Shown here: one piece after another, positions 1 through 18,015 of the stretch | How positions within the stretch are numbered: the stretch's first letter is position 1 | Layout: every line of letters begins with the position of its first letter | From: the human T2T-CHM13v2.0 reference genome, Homo sapiens | Length of the DNA stretch: 64,000 nt | Direction: 5' to 3' (one strand) | Assembly: GCF_009914755.1 (NCBI RefSeq) | Contig: NC_060927.1 | Translations under genes and position numbers: made by a program | Notes under the pieces: generated by a model | Database searches by the model: none | Told to the model about the DNA's origin: nothing | The model's input: the letters and a program-made list of their open reading frames with translations, nothing else

Positions 1-3000
1 ACAAAAAGGTGACATGGAGGCTGTCAGCCAGAGTAGACTTAAGCGGGGGAAAGAAGATCCCCTGGCCTTTAAATTGGAAGAAATTGACAGTGGCAATATA
101 TGAGTAGAAAAGGATGAGGAGGACATATTGGGCCATGCACTCACTCCTCAGCATTCTCATCTTCAAACAGGGATCATAATGTTTTCTCTTATTATCTCTA
201 AGGATATTTGCAAGGCTAAAATAAGGTACAGTGTTGAGAATAACTCTGCTATTCCAAGAATAAGTGATTATAAATTTCTCAGAATTGTCAACATGGCCTT
301 TATCAATGACTCCATCATCTATGTCCTTTCTGCTCCCCATATTTCTTCCCCTTATACTTCCATTCAGGGCATCAAAAAGAAAGTGGAGAGGGGAAAAAGT
401 GTCAGTATCCATGGGGTATAGTGGAGTAGGCCTTGTGATACCTATTTTCTTGCTTTCATCATCAGCTTTGCTGGGATGAGAGTGAAAGAAAATGGAGAAG
501 ATGAAAATCTGAAGAAGAAATGGATGTTGACAGGAACTTTTACTCACTTAAGAAATATGCATTAATCACTTACTATATGGCAGCCTCTATGCTAGACTTT
601 AAAACTTAAAAGTAGATGGCCTAGTCCTCAACAGGATTCCTGTGTAGAGGGATAGACAATGAAACAAATAATTATTATATAATACGACTATTATCAAAGA
701 GATTTTTGCAAGTATTTTTGGACATTTGGCACTCCTAACTCTGCCTACATCCTCAGGAAAGGAAAAATTCCTTTCCTTTCAAAGTGAAAGGGGTGATCAC
801 TTTCAAGCATGCACAGGGTTTAAGAAAAGAACGACAAGGGAATACTGGATGCAGGAAAGGTGAGGAGAAAACTTTGTAGCATCGAAGATTTGAAGTGAAA
901 ACAGCAGGACATAATTTACCAATAGCAAGGGAATCAGTTTCTTAAAGTGAGAGGAAAAACAGATACAGCCAATACAATTTGAAAGCAAGATAAAGTTTCA
1001 TGTGTTTCAAGTTATCAGAAAAAAGTTTGGTCTTCAGGGGGTTCTTTTCATCTGAGCAACATTTTATTTAGGCACAAGACTTCTCTCCACTTGTCTCTTT
1101 TCTTGAAGCATCAGAGGCTTTATGACTGAGATAGAAGAACAAAAGTCTTTTGTCTTTTGATTCCTTCACATAAATAGACCATGCAAGGCACTTCATGCCA
1201 TGTAAACTCACTTGTTTTCTTACTGCATTTTATAGGCCATAAGCCCTGGAATTCTCTTGCAAGTATAAAAAGGCAGAATAGGGGAAGATCAAGAAGTCAT
1301 TGTTGAAAGTGAGTAGCATTAAAGGAGTGATATTTATTCTTGCATTTGTACATGTTAAATGCACTTAGGAGCCTTGTCCAGAATCTCTAATAGCTGATCA
1401 CAAACTCAAGGTCCATTTCTGTATGCAGGAAATAGATGTATTCATGTTGTGTATAGAACTTTTTTTTAGAATCTTATAAGTTTGCCCATTTATATTATCT
1501 TAATATATTACTTCTCTGTAAAAATCAGAAGACCTGGTTTCTAGGTGCACATTTCTGCATAAAAAATGGACAGAGAATGAGGAGCTATCACTTTCTTCAG
1601 TTTACCATATCTCCATCTCTCTCTGTTTCTTATACCTGACTAGATTCTTCCATTTTCTTTTTTTACCTAACTCCAATAGAATTGTAATTTATGAATCTTT
1701 CTATAAATAAAACTATTTCGTATATAACTCCTTTGATTTTGGTGATATATCTTATTTTGGGTTTACCCAAATGCAACATCCAATGGTATGCTGGTGTCAG
1801 ATCATACCAGTTTGTATATCTTTTTCCAATTCCTTGTTCAGTAACTCCATTTTGGCAGTTTGAAATTGTCCATGATAGGAATATTTGCAAAACAAAAATT
1901 AAGAAATGTTATAAACCATTACTTTTTATGTCCCTGAAAGCCTGTTGTTAAACATGTACCAGGACCCCACTAATAACATCTGTACTTAATATGTCACAAT
2001 TCAGCATGAAAACCTCTGAATATCCTTCCATTTCCAAACTTACTGAAATTCCACTTCACCAGAATGATTCCATGCAGCTTTCTCTGAAATAGTGATTGCC
2101 CTTAATTTATTTTTACCATCAAAAGAGGCCATCTTTCCTTTATCTGTTATATTTGTTCTTCCAAAAATAAATATATGGTATTGTTATATAAGTATTTTAT
2201 TGTCTTTCTATTATCTGAAGGCTCAAGAAGAAAAAAAATTACGCTGGAAAACGCAAGTGTGTTCTGCTATCATGATACTATGTTTGACATTGAAATAATA
2301 ATACTCTGTTGGGTTAACATGCCCTCTTTAGATGGCAGTAATAAAGAATTCAAGTTTAACTGTCAATGAATGAAATAAGGTCTATTCAACCTAGCAAAAG
2401 AGTGAGAGTCAGTTTAAATGCCTGAATTTTAATATTATTTGTGTCATTCATTCCTAAATCTCAGGCCTCTGAAACGGTCCCCTTTTCTATTGTCTAATTC
2501 AATAAATAGGTAATATTGCCTCCTATTTACTACAAAGAGATATGGTAGAACACCATTAAGGCAACTGAATTTTTGAGAAGACAGGTGCCTTATAAGTAGC
2601 AAAGATTATTATTCGTATTCAGGAATGTTGCCAACTCCCACAGATTTCCTTGTGATTATCTGCCATTTTCCAGTAACATTTTAACATTTGATGCCATTTA
2701 ATCCTAAAAGAGATATATTAAACTAGAAAAAAAGAAAAGAAAAATAAACACTTGGAAATACATACACATTGTATTCTATCATGTCATGTAATTTAAAATT
2801 CAGAACAAGAGTGGCATAATTTGAGCCTATTTAAGGATACCCTGTCATTTAGCATAAAATAAGAACTGTAGGAAACAGGGGAGGAAAGCCTAAGACAACA
2901 TTTCTACAACTACAATTTGATCCTTTACATCTCAATATTATACCACTGAAACATGCTAAATATGCTAATTCCTGGGTTAAAACAAGTTATTTTGCATGTA

Positions 3001-3299
3001 ATATGGATTGGATTCCATCTTCTTAAAGATCTGTTATTATCTGCTTAATCTGTTTATTGTGACACACATACGCAGACATACACACGTATCCACACATACA
3101 TGTGTCTCCTCTGCAACAAGGAATATACAAAAACAGGTTATTTATGGTATCTCATTGATTTTGATGACCATTCTATGTGCTTTATATAATTAATTCTATT
3201 TTATAGGTGATAGAATTATAGCTCAGAAATGTTCAGACTTTGTTTTATGTGAGATACTCAAATACAGAAATGTCATGCACCAAAACACTTTCTTAACTA

Positions 3300-3763
3300 T
3301 GTCATGGCTTGGAACACAATCCTCCCAATGATAGTACCTTGGTATGCTGAGTACTTTGAACTGTATACTAGAAGAGTCTCAGAAGCAAGGTGTCTCAGCC
3401 TCTTTTTTTCTCCCAAGACAAGTCACAGAAGACAAAATTCCTCTTGCCCAAGGTCCACAGAAACTAGAACTCTTCTTCCCAAAGCAAGCCATAAAACCTA
3501 AAATGGTCACTCTAAAATTCTTCCTTCTGTGCTGAAGACTTTCACGTGACAAGTGTTCTACCCTATACCCAGAGCAAAAGAAAGCTACACAGAGGGGCCA
3601 AGAAGAATCTAAACGGCCTTTCTGAAGGCTCCTATGGCACATAAAACCTTGATTAAATAAATATGTTGCTGTTTTCTCTTGTTAAGCTGTCTTTTGTTAT
3701 ATGAGTGTTGGCCATGACATTTGTGATGAGTGAGGAAAGGTATCATATCTTTCTGCCCCTACA
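3300..3763 (+). mobile_element. Solo ERV1-class LTR (MER34/MER39-like)
   Basis: TG...CA termini, possible 4-bp TSD acta/acca, AATAAA at ~3656 followed by 'tgttgctgttttctcttgttaagctgtcttttgtt' U5-like tract; resemblance to recalled MER34 group. Confidence 0.5.
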
Positions 3764-5005
3764 ACCATTATGCTACATTATCTTTCTCCTAGAATTTTGT
3801 TTTAAGAAGATGGCTCATGAAGAAATGTTTTCTGTGATTTAATATAATATGCTTGGAAAATTATACATAAAATCCCTTCACCCTTGGATAATCAGAAATA
3901 ATATTAACATTAAAAGCTATGTAAAATTCTGTAATTTACTTAAAACCTGTTTATCTTTGTATAATTCACCATATTCTAGACTTATGTGACTTTCAAATAT
4001 TTATTGAAGAACATTATCAACTTATGATGCAGCTTGTACTGCATAGAACATAACTGAATATGATGAGCTACAGAAAATATCATGGTCCTACATTTCCCTG
4101 CTTTTTCTTAATCAGTTTATAATTTTACTAAAATACCTGCTTGTTTGCTCATAAAAGTTTTTAAATTTACTGTGGATTCTAAATAGAATTTACAGAGATA
4201 ATGCCTTAGTGTTAAGTCTGTTGTGAAAAAGATAATCAACTGCTGATCTGGAGAATGCCAAATCACTAGTAATTTATAGGTATCAATAAGTAAATTTATA
4301 GGTATCTAAATACATCTAGATTTTTGACTCCATAAAGGCATATTATTGGGCGAGAATTGCTTTTTTATTTTTATTTTTTTACTTCGCCATTTTCTAACTT
4401 ACTAGATCATAAGTTCCATGAGGGAAGAGACTATGTTATCTTATTCACTAGAGTATATCCAGTATCATTCCTGGAACATTAAAAGTGACCAAATAAATAT
4501 TTGTTGAATAAAGGTCTTAAATGACTAGAAAGCTGAAAAAATTTTTAATGGAACTTATTCTCAAAACTAATCTCTGCCGTTAGAATCCTGGATAGTGCTT
4601 GTCCTTGGGGTGGGACGGGGATCAGTGGCTGGAAGGAAATGAATGGGGACTTCTGGGGTTTTTGCAGTGTTTGCTGTCTGGCCTTTGTGTTGGTTATTCG
4701 AGGGTGCTCAATGTATGAAAATCCATCAGGCTGCACATTTTTCTGTATGTTTATTGTACTCCAATAATATTCAGGGAAATCTATAAGATTCTAAAGTGAC
4801 CTATGTTTTGCTCCATTTCTTCAGTCCATTCTAAATTTATCAGGTCTTATCACTACTTGGCAACAAGAATTCATCATCAAAAATTGATGATTATAATTTC
4901 ATTTGTGTGAGCCATCCCTAGATGGACCTTAAAAGGCAAAATATACTATAATTGCCGAAGTCTTGGGCTTTCTATCCCATTTTAGAAAGGTTTTTTGATT
5001 GTATA

Positions 5006-5080
5006 TTAGGTTGGTGCAAAAGTAATTGCGGTTTTTGCCATTACTTTCATTGGCAAAAACCACAATTGCTTTTGCACCAA
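5006..5080. mobile_element. MADE1 (Hsmar1-derived MITE), right end truncated
   Basis: ta+ttaggttggtgcaaaagtaattgcggtttttgcca...tggcaaaaaccacaattgcttttgcaccaa inverted repeat matching Hsmar1 TIR. Confidence 0.92.
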
Positions 5081-5217
5081 ATGCTTCTCTAAGTGCTGGA
5101 GATGAGATTAAAAGCCTATAATAGACAAAGAAAGTAACCTATATTGTTATTAGATTTGAACTCTGTGGTTTACATGCATCACCTAATTTAGTCCATCCAA
5201 CAGTCTGAGGTGGGTAT

Positions 5218-5640
5218 TGATATAGTTTGAATGTTCCCTCCAAATCTCATGTTGAAATGTAATCCCCAGTGTTCGAGATGGGGCCTGTTGGAAGGTGATT
5301 GGATCATGGGGGGTGATTTCCCATGAACGGTTTAGCGCCGTCCCCTTGGTGCTGTCCTCATGATAGTGAGTGGGTTCTCACAAGATCTCTTTGTTTAAAA
5401 GTGTGTGGCACTTCCCTCCTTGCTCGCCCTTGCTTCCACTTTTGCCATGCAAGTCACCTGCACCTTGTTTGCCTTCTGCCATGATTATAAGCTTCCTGAG
5501 GCCTCGCCATAAGCTGAGCAAATGTTAGCACCATGCTTCCTGTAAAGCCAGCAGACCTTTGGGCCAATTAAACTTCTTTTCTCCGTAAATTACCCAACTT
5601 CAGGAGTTTCTTTATAGCAATGCAAGAATGGCCTAACACA
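5218..5640 (+). mobile_element. MaLR solo LTR, MSTA/MSTB-like, inserted into a MIR
   Basis: tgatatagtttg...caaatctcatgttgaaatgtaatcccca...tttctttatagcaatgcaagaatggcctaacaca; 5-bp TSD ggtat/agtat. Confidence 0.85.
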
Positions 5641-7246
5641 AGTATTGCCTGTATTATAGATGGGGCTAGTAAGGCCCAAACTACTAAGCTAATTGGTCCA
5701 AATTCATAGGGCAAACATAAAATTGAACCCAGACTGTCTAGTTAAGTCTAAACCTTTTCTGAATTCTGTACTACCATGGGATTAACTTTTCTCTAGTGAG
5801 AGAACTATCTGTCTTGGTTTAAAAAGAAATAAAACAAAACAAAGAAAAACATCCATACTTCATCATAGACAAATTGGACTCCAATATACCATAATCCTAA
5901 GATTTCAATTTGCTTTCAATACCAATGTTTAACATCCATGAATTCCATGGATTTTACTTTTTCTAAACTGTTTTAGTGACCCTTAATAAAAATAAGCATA
6001 CATGTTTGTGTGAGCTTCTGAATGTGTTGATATAATCACAAATAATATATATGCATGTAAATATAAAATAGAGATAATATATTCATAATTATTAGTCAAT
6101 AAGTATATATTCTGTGAATTTTTTGAAATGACATTTAATCTTCCAAATTATACATACAAAATTTGGTGGAACATTCAACATCTCATTCTCTGTTTAACAA
6201 TTACAGTAGCATGTATTCGATTTAATATATGTAAAATTTTGTTTGCCAGAATGGTACAATAAGTTTGGAAGAGAAGTAGGTTACATAGAACGTACTTAAC
6301 TTCACATTTGGCCCAAACAGAAAGTGGAGCGATTAAAAAAAGAGAAAAATTTTAATTTCCTTATAATATATTTTGTTAAGGCCTTATAAATGCAAGAGAT
6401 TTTATCAGGAAAAATCTAAAAGTAACTTATTTAGATTGTGTTTTGGATGCCTTGCAAATGTGTAGCAGAAATCCAAAACTACTTGGTGCAAGTTTTCTAC
6501 TTTTCTTTTCTTTTTAAAAAATATTGTCATTTACATGTTAGGTAATATCACAAAAATTGGGAGAAATCAGTCAACTCCAAAAGGTTCATTTAGTTTCTGA
6601 CAATATTTCTCACACTTGCAGTGAACTATGCAGAAAAAGTGCTTTGATTAGAATGCGCCGTTAATCATTTAGGTGAAAGAAAAGGGGCCTTTCATTTTCA
6701 ATGAGCAGAAAAACAGTGGTAAATGAAGACAAAGTCAGACGATGATGAGTAGTTTACTTATCTCCTAGAATAAAGTCTGATTTGAAAAAAAAAGTTTTAA
6801 TTTCAGGGACACTCATTTATGATTATTGAAGCCATTTATTCTGTGTGGCACACAAATATATCATTTGTCTAAATGTATTGGGTGGTTTTTTTTTTATTTA
6901 CCCTTGGTTTTTTTTTTTCCATTGTTCAAAGAGAATGTGATGCTTTTAAATCTAAAAAAAAAAAGAATTAATGGAAATTTTGGATATTCTGTTTCTCCAA
7001 AGGACTCTTCAGAGGTAATTTGCCTGCTGCCAATAGAGAAAATTGTCATAGTCATTATGTGAAAGGTGAAAAACCTGAATACTTAATGGCAAAAAAAAAA
7101 AAAAACCCAAATGCTATTTAAATAGAATTCTAAGTTTAGCCTTTGAGTGGAGAGGATTAGGATTGAAATGAATACATAAGCAGTGATAGGTCAGGTAGTT
7201 CTTAGAAGATTATAGGAGTACCCATTACAAAAAGAGATTTGATTTG

Positions 7247-8030
7247 AGTATCAGTCAGGATCCAGTCAGGAGATAGAAACCATTGAGTAAATTGAATGGG
7301 AAAATTTAACGCAAAGATTTATTATATGGCCACAGAAATTAACTACTAATTTCTTCACTAGCAGGGGTCAAGGAAACTCTGGGATAATGAAAACTCTGGG
7401 GGTAAAGAAAACTCTAGGGATAAAGAAAACTCTATGGTAAAGAAAACTCTAAAGAATTCAAGAATAGGGATCTTAGGAAACAGCCATGACCTCTAGGGCT
7501 AAGACATAAGTACTAAGAAAGAAATACATTTGGAAGACCTACCCCAACCCCTAACCATGGTTGAGATTCAAATCTTGTTTAAAAAGGTGGCTTTTGCACA
7601 CTGAATAGCAGAGAATTTTGCTGGAGGTGCTGTAGGCTAGGGCTACAAGGCAGAAAACTGGCTGGTAGGGTGCTGGTGAGAGCCACTGAAAAGCTACTCT
7701 TACAGGCACCACTAAAACTCACCAGGAAACAACACTCTGGGAACCATTGAAATTCGTTTGCAGATGAGTGCCAGTGTCATTTATAGGTAAGTGCCAGTGA
7801 GTGTCTTGCACATCAGCCAAGTGCTGCAGGAGGAGGAAGAATAAAGGACACTAGTACCAGAAATAAAGTCATTTCCTCCTCCTGCAGGGTCTCTCCAGTG
7901 CCATCTAAGAAAGCTTAACATTGTTCCAGCTGCAAAGAAGAATATTTACAAGGTCCATTGAGAATATCACAGAGCAGGGTAAAAATGCATAGGTTTGGAG
8001 ATAAGACGAAATAAATCAGTAACTTGCATA
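7247..8030. mobile_element. Old ERVL-class LTR, subfamily uncertain
   Basis: Start 'gtatcagtcaggatccagtcaggagatagaaacc' resembles old ERVL LTR termini; more GC-rich than flanks. Confidence 0.4.
7364..7450. repeat. Minisatellite, 5 copies of 17-18-bp unit ~GGGATAAAGAAAACTCT
   Basis: Units at 7364, 7381, 7398, 7416, 7434 all end in aaactct. Confidence 0.85.
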
Positions 8031-8834
8031 AGCTTCAAGTATGAGAATACATTTGCATATTTGTTTGCACATGCAAATAAGTATAACATATGGACTCTAC
8101 AAAAGTACTTCAAACTACTAAAATTAAGATTGTCAATTCTAACTATAGATGAGTAAGATTACATCTTCTCCAAAACTTTAATCTAATTTATTTGGCAAAT
8201 ATTTACTGAGCTAATTATGTATTTAGTCCAAGTTATCTGAGGCATATAAGTAAAAAATGCCTCCCTAAACCAACATACTTATTCAATATTCTTGTAAATG
8301 CTTTCAAAATCCACTAAGTTGGACAAGTTAATAAACTAGAAATTATTATTAAAACACAGCCTCAATCACAATATGAAAACAACAAACAAACACTGTCAAT
8401 TTTTTAAAAACCCTACATATTTCTTTAGTAATTAATTCTTTTCTGTCTCCAACAGAACAAGACATCATTATCTTTTTCCTATAAAATTTCAATAGGTTAT
8501 CAAGTGATTTTTTAAAATTTCAAATATCCATTTCTGTGTATTCTTTCTTCCTTTGTAAAAAAAGATATTTTAAAATTGTGAAATATGTTTTATCTATAGA
8601 AGTTTTAACACACATTATAACACATATTATAATTAATATATAATAATAGTACCAAATATGTGCATATACTATAAAAAATAATAAAATGAACACCAACGTA
8701 ACTATCATGCATTACACCATTACGAACACCGTTGAACGGCTCTGAGTAACCCTGCCAAAATTGTCCTCCTCGGCCACCACTCTTGCCAGAAGTGACCACT
8801 TTTTAGACTGTTGTGTTAATAACCATTGCAATAG

Positions 8835-9095
<261 letters not shown>

Positions 9096-9717
9096 TGAGA
9101 TCATACTCTATAACAATAGCATTTTGTTACTTAAACTTTTGTTGATAAAGTTACTAAAAATGATTTTCATTGGCATATGATTTTCTCTTGTGACTATTCC
9201 ACGCGTCCTGTGTTCACTTTACTGCTGAAGGACTTCAAGTTCTTTCTAGTTTTGTTTTGTTTTTTCTTCTGTTAAAAATAACAGTGTAACAAATGTTGTG
9301 TAATAGCTTCTTTTTGACAAATGATGGATTACAGATTCAGCACATTTTCAATCAACAGTATATAGGATTATCATTGCTTTACATATTTATGAACACTAAG
9401 AATGTCTGAATTTTTAATTTTTGCTAACTTTGTGTCTATGAATTGGTAACTTATTGAGTATTATTCTGAATTATTCTCATTACTAATGAGGTTGCCCACT
9501 ATTCCATATGTTTAATGGCAAATTTATATTTTTTCTTTTGTGAAGAGGTTTTTCAAGTCCTTCACCCATCTGAAAAATTAAATTTCTATCTCATCTTACT
9601 GGTGTGTAGCAATCATTTCTAAATTCTGGAAAGAAATATTGTTTCAGGTACATGTGTTGCAAATGTCTTCTCCCATTAAATGGCTCTTCTTTATATTATT
9701 TTGATGCTGTACTTTAA

Positions 9718-10031
<314 letters not shown>

Positions 10032-10111
10032 ATTCATAATTTTAATGTAGTAAATTTTCTCAATTTTTTTCTTTGGGTACTTCATGCCTTTTATTTCTTG
10101 TTTAGGAAATC

Positions 10112-12740
<2,629 letters not shown>

Positions 12741-13403
12741 AGAAATCCTAAAATATTTAAAGTCTACCCCAAATTCTCTATTTTCTTCTAAAAGTCTAAA
12801 AAATCTACTTTTTAAATTTAAATCTTTGATGAAGCTGAAATTGAATTCTGTATATATTAGAAATATTTTATAACTTTCCCTTCCATGTACATAACAAATT
12901 GTTCCAACACTATATTTTGAATATTTTAGCATTTTCCTGCTGATTGGCATTGTCAGCCATATTATAAAACATGTTGCCATGTTTGAATCTTTTTCTGGGC
13001 TCTCTCCGTCCCTTTGATCTATTCCATACTTATACCACAACTATTTTAATTAATATCAAAAAAATCTTACCTGTTCATTCTCTACAGCAGTGTTTTGGCT
13101 TCTCTTAGCTCTTTGCTATTCCTTAAATCTTTTAGAGTCAGTTCTTTGAATTATACATTACATTTTGCTTTGCAATTTCATCAAATCTATAGATCGATTT
13201 GAGGAAAATTAGCAATTTTGTTATATTGGGTTTTTACTCCAAAATGTCGTATGTTTTAAATGACTTAGTAAAGTTACATGTATTTTACCTCAAGGTCTTG
13301 CATATTTTTGTTATGTTTATTCATTTAATATGGATTTTGTTTCACTATTATAAATGGCATATTTGAATTTCATTTCCTAGTGTTTGATAATATATAAAGA
13401 TAA

Positions 13404-13762
<359 letters not shown>

Positions 13763-13950
13763 TATTTTAAGTTTATCTGTAGATTCCTTTGGGCTTCTAT
13801 ATTGACAAGCACATCATTTGCAAATAATGACAGTCTTGCTTCTTCCTTTCCAAGTATTCAAGTTGTGTATTTCTTTTTCTTTTCTTATTGTACAGGCTAG
13901 TACCTTCCATAAAATGTTGGATGAAAATAGCTATAGTAGTGGTTTGCCGA

Positions 13951-14245
13951 TTTTGTCGTTTTTTTGACAAGGTCACATTCTGTGATCCAGGCTAGAGTGC
14001 AGTGGTGCCATTATAGCTCACTGAACCTCCTGGGCTCAAGCAGTCCTTTCGCCTCAGCCGTCTGAGTAGCTTGGACTACAATTGGACTACAAGAACATAC
14101 CACTGCTGCTGTTTTTTATTTTTTATTTTTTTGTATAGATGAGATCTCACTAAATTGTCCAGGCTGATCTGGAACTCCTGAGCTCAAGTAATCCTCCCCC
14201 CTTGGCCTCCAAAAGCGCTAGAATTATAGGCATGAGCCACCATAA
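13951..14245 (-). mobile_element. Degenerate AluJ
   Basis: 'ccaggctagagtgcagtggtg', 'ctcctgagctcaagtaatcctcc', 'aggcatgagccacc'. Confidence 0.85.
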
Positions 14246-15164
14246 CCATCGTTGTTTATTATTTTAATGGAAAATTTTTAGTTTTCAACACTGCATGTAT
14301 TATCTTTTTGTAGATTGTCGTTAAACAAGTGTCTATTTATTTGCTCACATTGAGGCCCTTGTTTATTGCTTTTAGTTCTGTATTTCAATTCATTTAGAAT
14401 ATGAAAACAGATATTTTATATTCTACATCTGATAATTCCAACATCTGCAGTATTTGATTTTCTGATTGTTCAGTTCATTATTCCTGTTGATTTTGGAGTG
14501 GCTTATTTCCCCATGTGTTTCGTGATTATATTTCATTATGAATTTTGGTTCTATGGAAGGTGGCCTGCAGTCACATTTTTCAGTGTGATTTTCCTGGGAG
14601 GAGCTGAGAATGTTTCTGGTAAGCTATGGGATAATTACAACCCAAATTTCAACTTGAGTTTTTTAGATAGTGTAGATTTTAGTCACATATTTTGGTCATC
14701 TTAAGGATTCTCAGGGGAGAAATATTTTTCTATCTGTAGCCACACATCCAGAGGGAAGAGATGTTAGTATACCTCAAATGTAGTAGATTTTTTTTTTCTA
14801 GTTCATCCTTCAAGGATTCTGTCTTTATGTAGGTATTCCAATGATTCCCCACTGTGCTTAGATATACTGACCTGTGCATGGATCTCTAAGACTCACCATC
14901 AGGGTGTTAAGAATTGGCCTGTATCTTTAAGGACAAATGGGGTTCTCGATTTCATTTTCTCTTATGAATTTGCATTTCTATTTTAGCATTGGAGAAAGTC
15001 TCTTACTTTCTCATAAGCTCAGACATGCTTTAAAAAGTTTTAAATAAGTTATAAAGCAGTTTAGTTCCCTGAACCAGGAGGAATTTTTCTATGGTTAACT
15101 AGTTTGTCATATTACTAGACATGAAATTCTCCCTCTCAAAACAGTTAGAATGAGTCTATGAAGA

Positions 15165-15630
15165 TGAAAATCTGATATGCCACATGAGTTCCCTGCTTAA
15201 AATCCCTCGGTGACTTCACATTGTTCATGTTGTCCTCATTCTGAGTTATCTACTTCCTACCCATGTAACCTTTGATCACGATTCCTGCATTCTCTCTCTT
15301 TTTGAACCACTCTGGTCTTCTATTGGTGTCTTGATTGTGACTTGCTTTTTCCTACATCAGGTCCTTCACATATACGCTTCATGAATGTGATTCCTCTCTT
15401 CCATATTAATCTAGATATCTTCTATTTACCCTTTAGAGTTCAATTGAACGTTAGTTCCCTGTTATATGACTTCATTATTATCTGTCATTCTTCCTAAGTA
15501 ATTAATGATTGTGTATATTTTAAGAATATAAGCTCCATGATGGAAGACTCTATATTTGCTTTTTTCATGCTGCATTTCTAACATCTCATACAATTTTCTG
15601 CAGATGCTAAGCAGTGAATAATTTTTGAAA
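15165..15630 (+). mobile_element. L2 3' fragment
   Basis: 'ccctgcttaaaatccctcggtgacttcacattg', 'agaatataagctccatgatggaagac'. Confidence 0.5.
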
Positions 15631-16253
15631 GAAATAGTTTGAGCCTGATCTAGGGATCATTAGTTTTCAAATTTAAGATAAACCAATATCATACGTCATA
15701 TAGAGTAACAAGGATTACGCCTTAAATTAGACAGAATAGTCATGAAGAAAATAAAAAATAGTATTTAAAAAAACAAAGAATTGGGGCATGAATAGAATTA
15801 GTAATGTCACAATGTGAAAGTGAACAATATGAAGATAGAATTTGGCCCAATGGTTGTCTTTGGTAGTGTGAACATGGGGGATACATATATTTTTATATCT
15901 TATTTACTCTCCCAAATAATTTAATAGGCATGTTACATTAATTTAAAAAGAAATCAGTCATTTCATTTTCCTCCAGAAAATATTACACTGTATCTAAACT
16001 GTATGTGTGTATGTTTATATATGTATATATTTTTTAAAAATGTATACCCTAAAACAAGGTTCCTCAGTCAATTTATTGGATGTAGCTTATTGTCTCACTA
16101 GATTTGGTCATAAAGTTCTTATGTAATTTATAAAAATTCTTCTTGGCATAATGGCAAATTTTTTTCTGAGTTAGTAAAATTGGAGAATAACTCTTTGATG
16201 TTTATACTCAAATATTTCTATATGGTATAAAGTTGTGATAGAAAGAAATTATA

Positions 16254-16755
<502 letters not shown>

Positions 16756-17558
16756 ATCTGAGTTCCTATAGCCTATCTTCCTGTGTTTAGTTCAGCTCAA
16801 CAAATACCTCTTGAGGACTTTTTTCTGGTGCTACTTGCTGCAGGAAAACATAAGTAAGTTACAATTTTTGTTTTAATTGAAATAAATAGTTTCTGAAATA
16901 GAAGTATAAACAAAGCTCCATATTACAAGAAAGATAACTTGGTTTACTGAGAGGTTGGGTGGTCATGCAACTCTTCATAGTCATACTAAAATATAATTTC
17001 ATTATTTTACATGACTCTGTATGCATTGATTCAGATTGAAGTTCTTTCTGGCATTCGTATCCTGAAGCTGGGAGTACAATTCTTATAGCTACGTTTCCTC
17101 CTTATGACCTCATTTGCAGCAGCAAGTCAACCAAAAAAAAAAAAAAACTATACCCAGCACTCTCTAGTTTGGAAGACGCATTTTTGAAAATGAGAACCCC
17201 AACTGAATTAGTGCTACATAACACTATTATAGCAGAGATTTGTTCAGCTATAGCAGATATTTGTCCTCAGAATTATCTTGCCCAGTTATCTTCTATTCTC
17301 TTTAAGACTCTAACGTCATAACCTGCCTGCCATAAGAGTGTCTTTTAGCTCGTTTCATAAAATTGATCAGTTTATGGTGCCTTCATAAAGTCAAAAAATG
17401 TCCACCTATTCCTAAGTGCTGGGATAGATTTTATTATTTATTTCCTTACTAATTGACTTACAGGCCACTTCCGTCACCATAAAACTAGCATATTAATGTT
17501 CAGCATTATGTGATTGCCTTATTTACCTGAGTGAGCTCCAAAGCTTTTATTTGCACAG

Positions 17559-18015
17559 TGCTATGTTATAGAGATAGTTTGTTCCCACCAAACTCATGTT
17601 GAATTTGATCCCCAATGTGATGGTATCGGGAGGTGGGCCTAAAGAAAGGTGTGTGGGCTGTTAGGATGGATTCCTAATCAATGACTTGGTGACATGCTGT
17701 TCTCATACTAGGAAGTTACTTCTTGCTCTGGTGAGACTGGATTAGTTCTTGTGAGAGTGGATTCCTTCCTGCATAGGTAGGTTGTTACAATGCAGGATGC
17801 CTCTCGGATTTTGCTTCTTCATACATGCCCATTTCCCCTTTGACCTTCCCCCATGTTGTGACACAGCACAAAAGCCCTCATCAGAAGTTGCATAGGCACT
17901 GGCACCATTCTTGAATTTCCCAGCCTGCAGAACCATGATCTAAATAAGCTACTTTTCTTTATAAATTACCCAGCCTCAGATATTCTGTTATAGCAACACA
18001 AAACAGACTAAGACA
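17559..18015 (+). mobile_element. MaLR solo LTR, MSTB-like
   Basis: 'aaactcatgttgaatttgatccccaatgtg' ... 'tattctgttatagcaacacaaaacagactaagaca'. Confidence 0.82.

Noticed and set aside
4268-4306. Short tandem duplications (also ~17229, 38686, 39728, 53858, 14071)
   Set aside because: Ordinary slippage duplications of 11-21 bp, expected background
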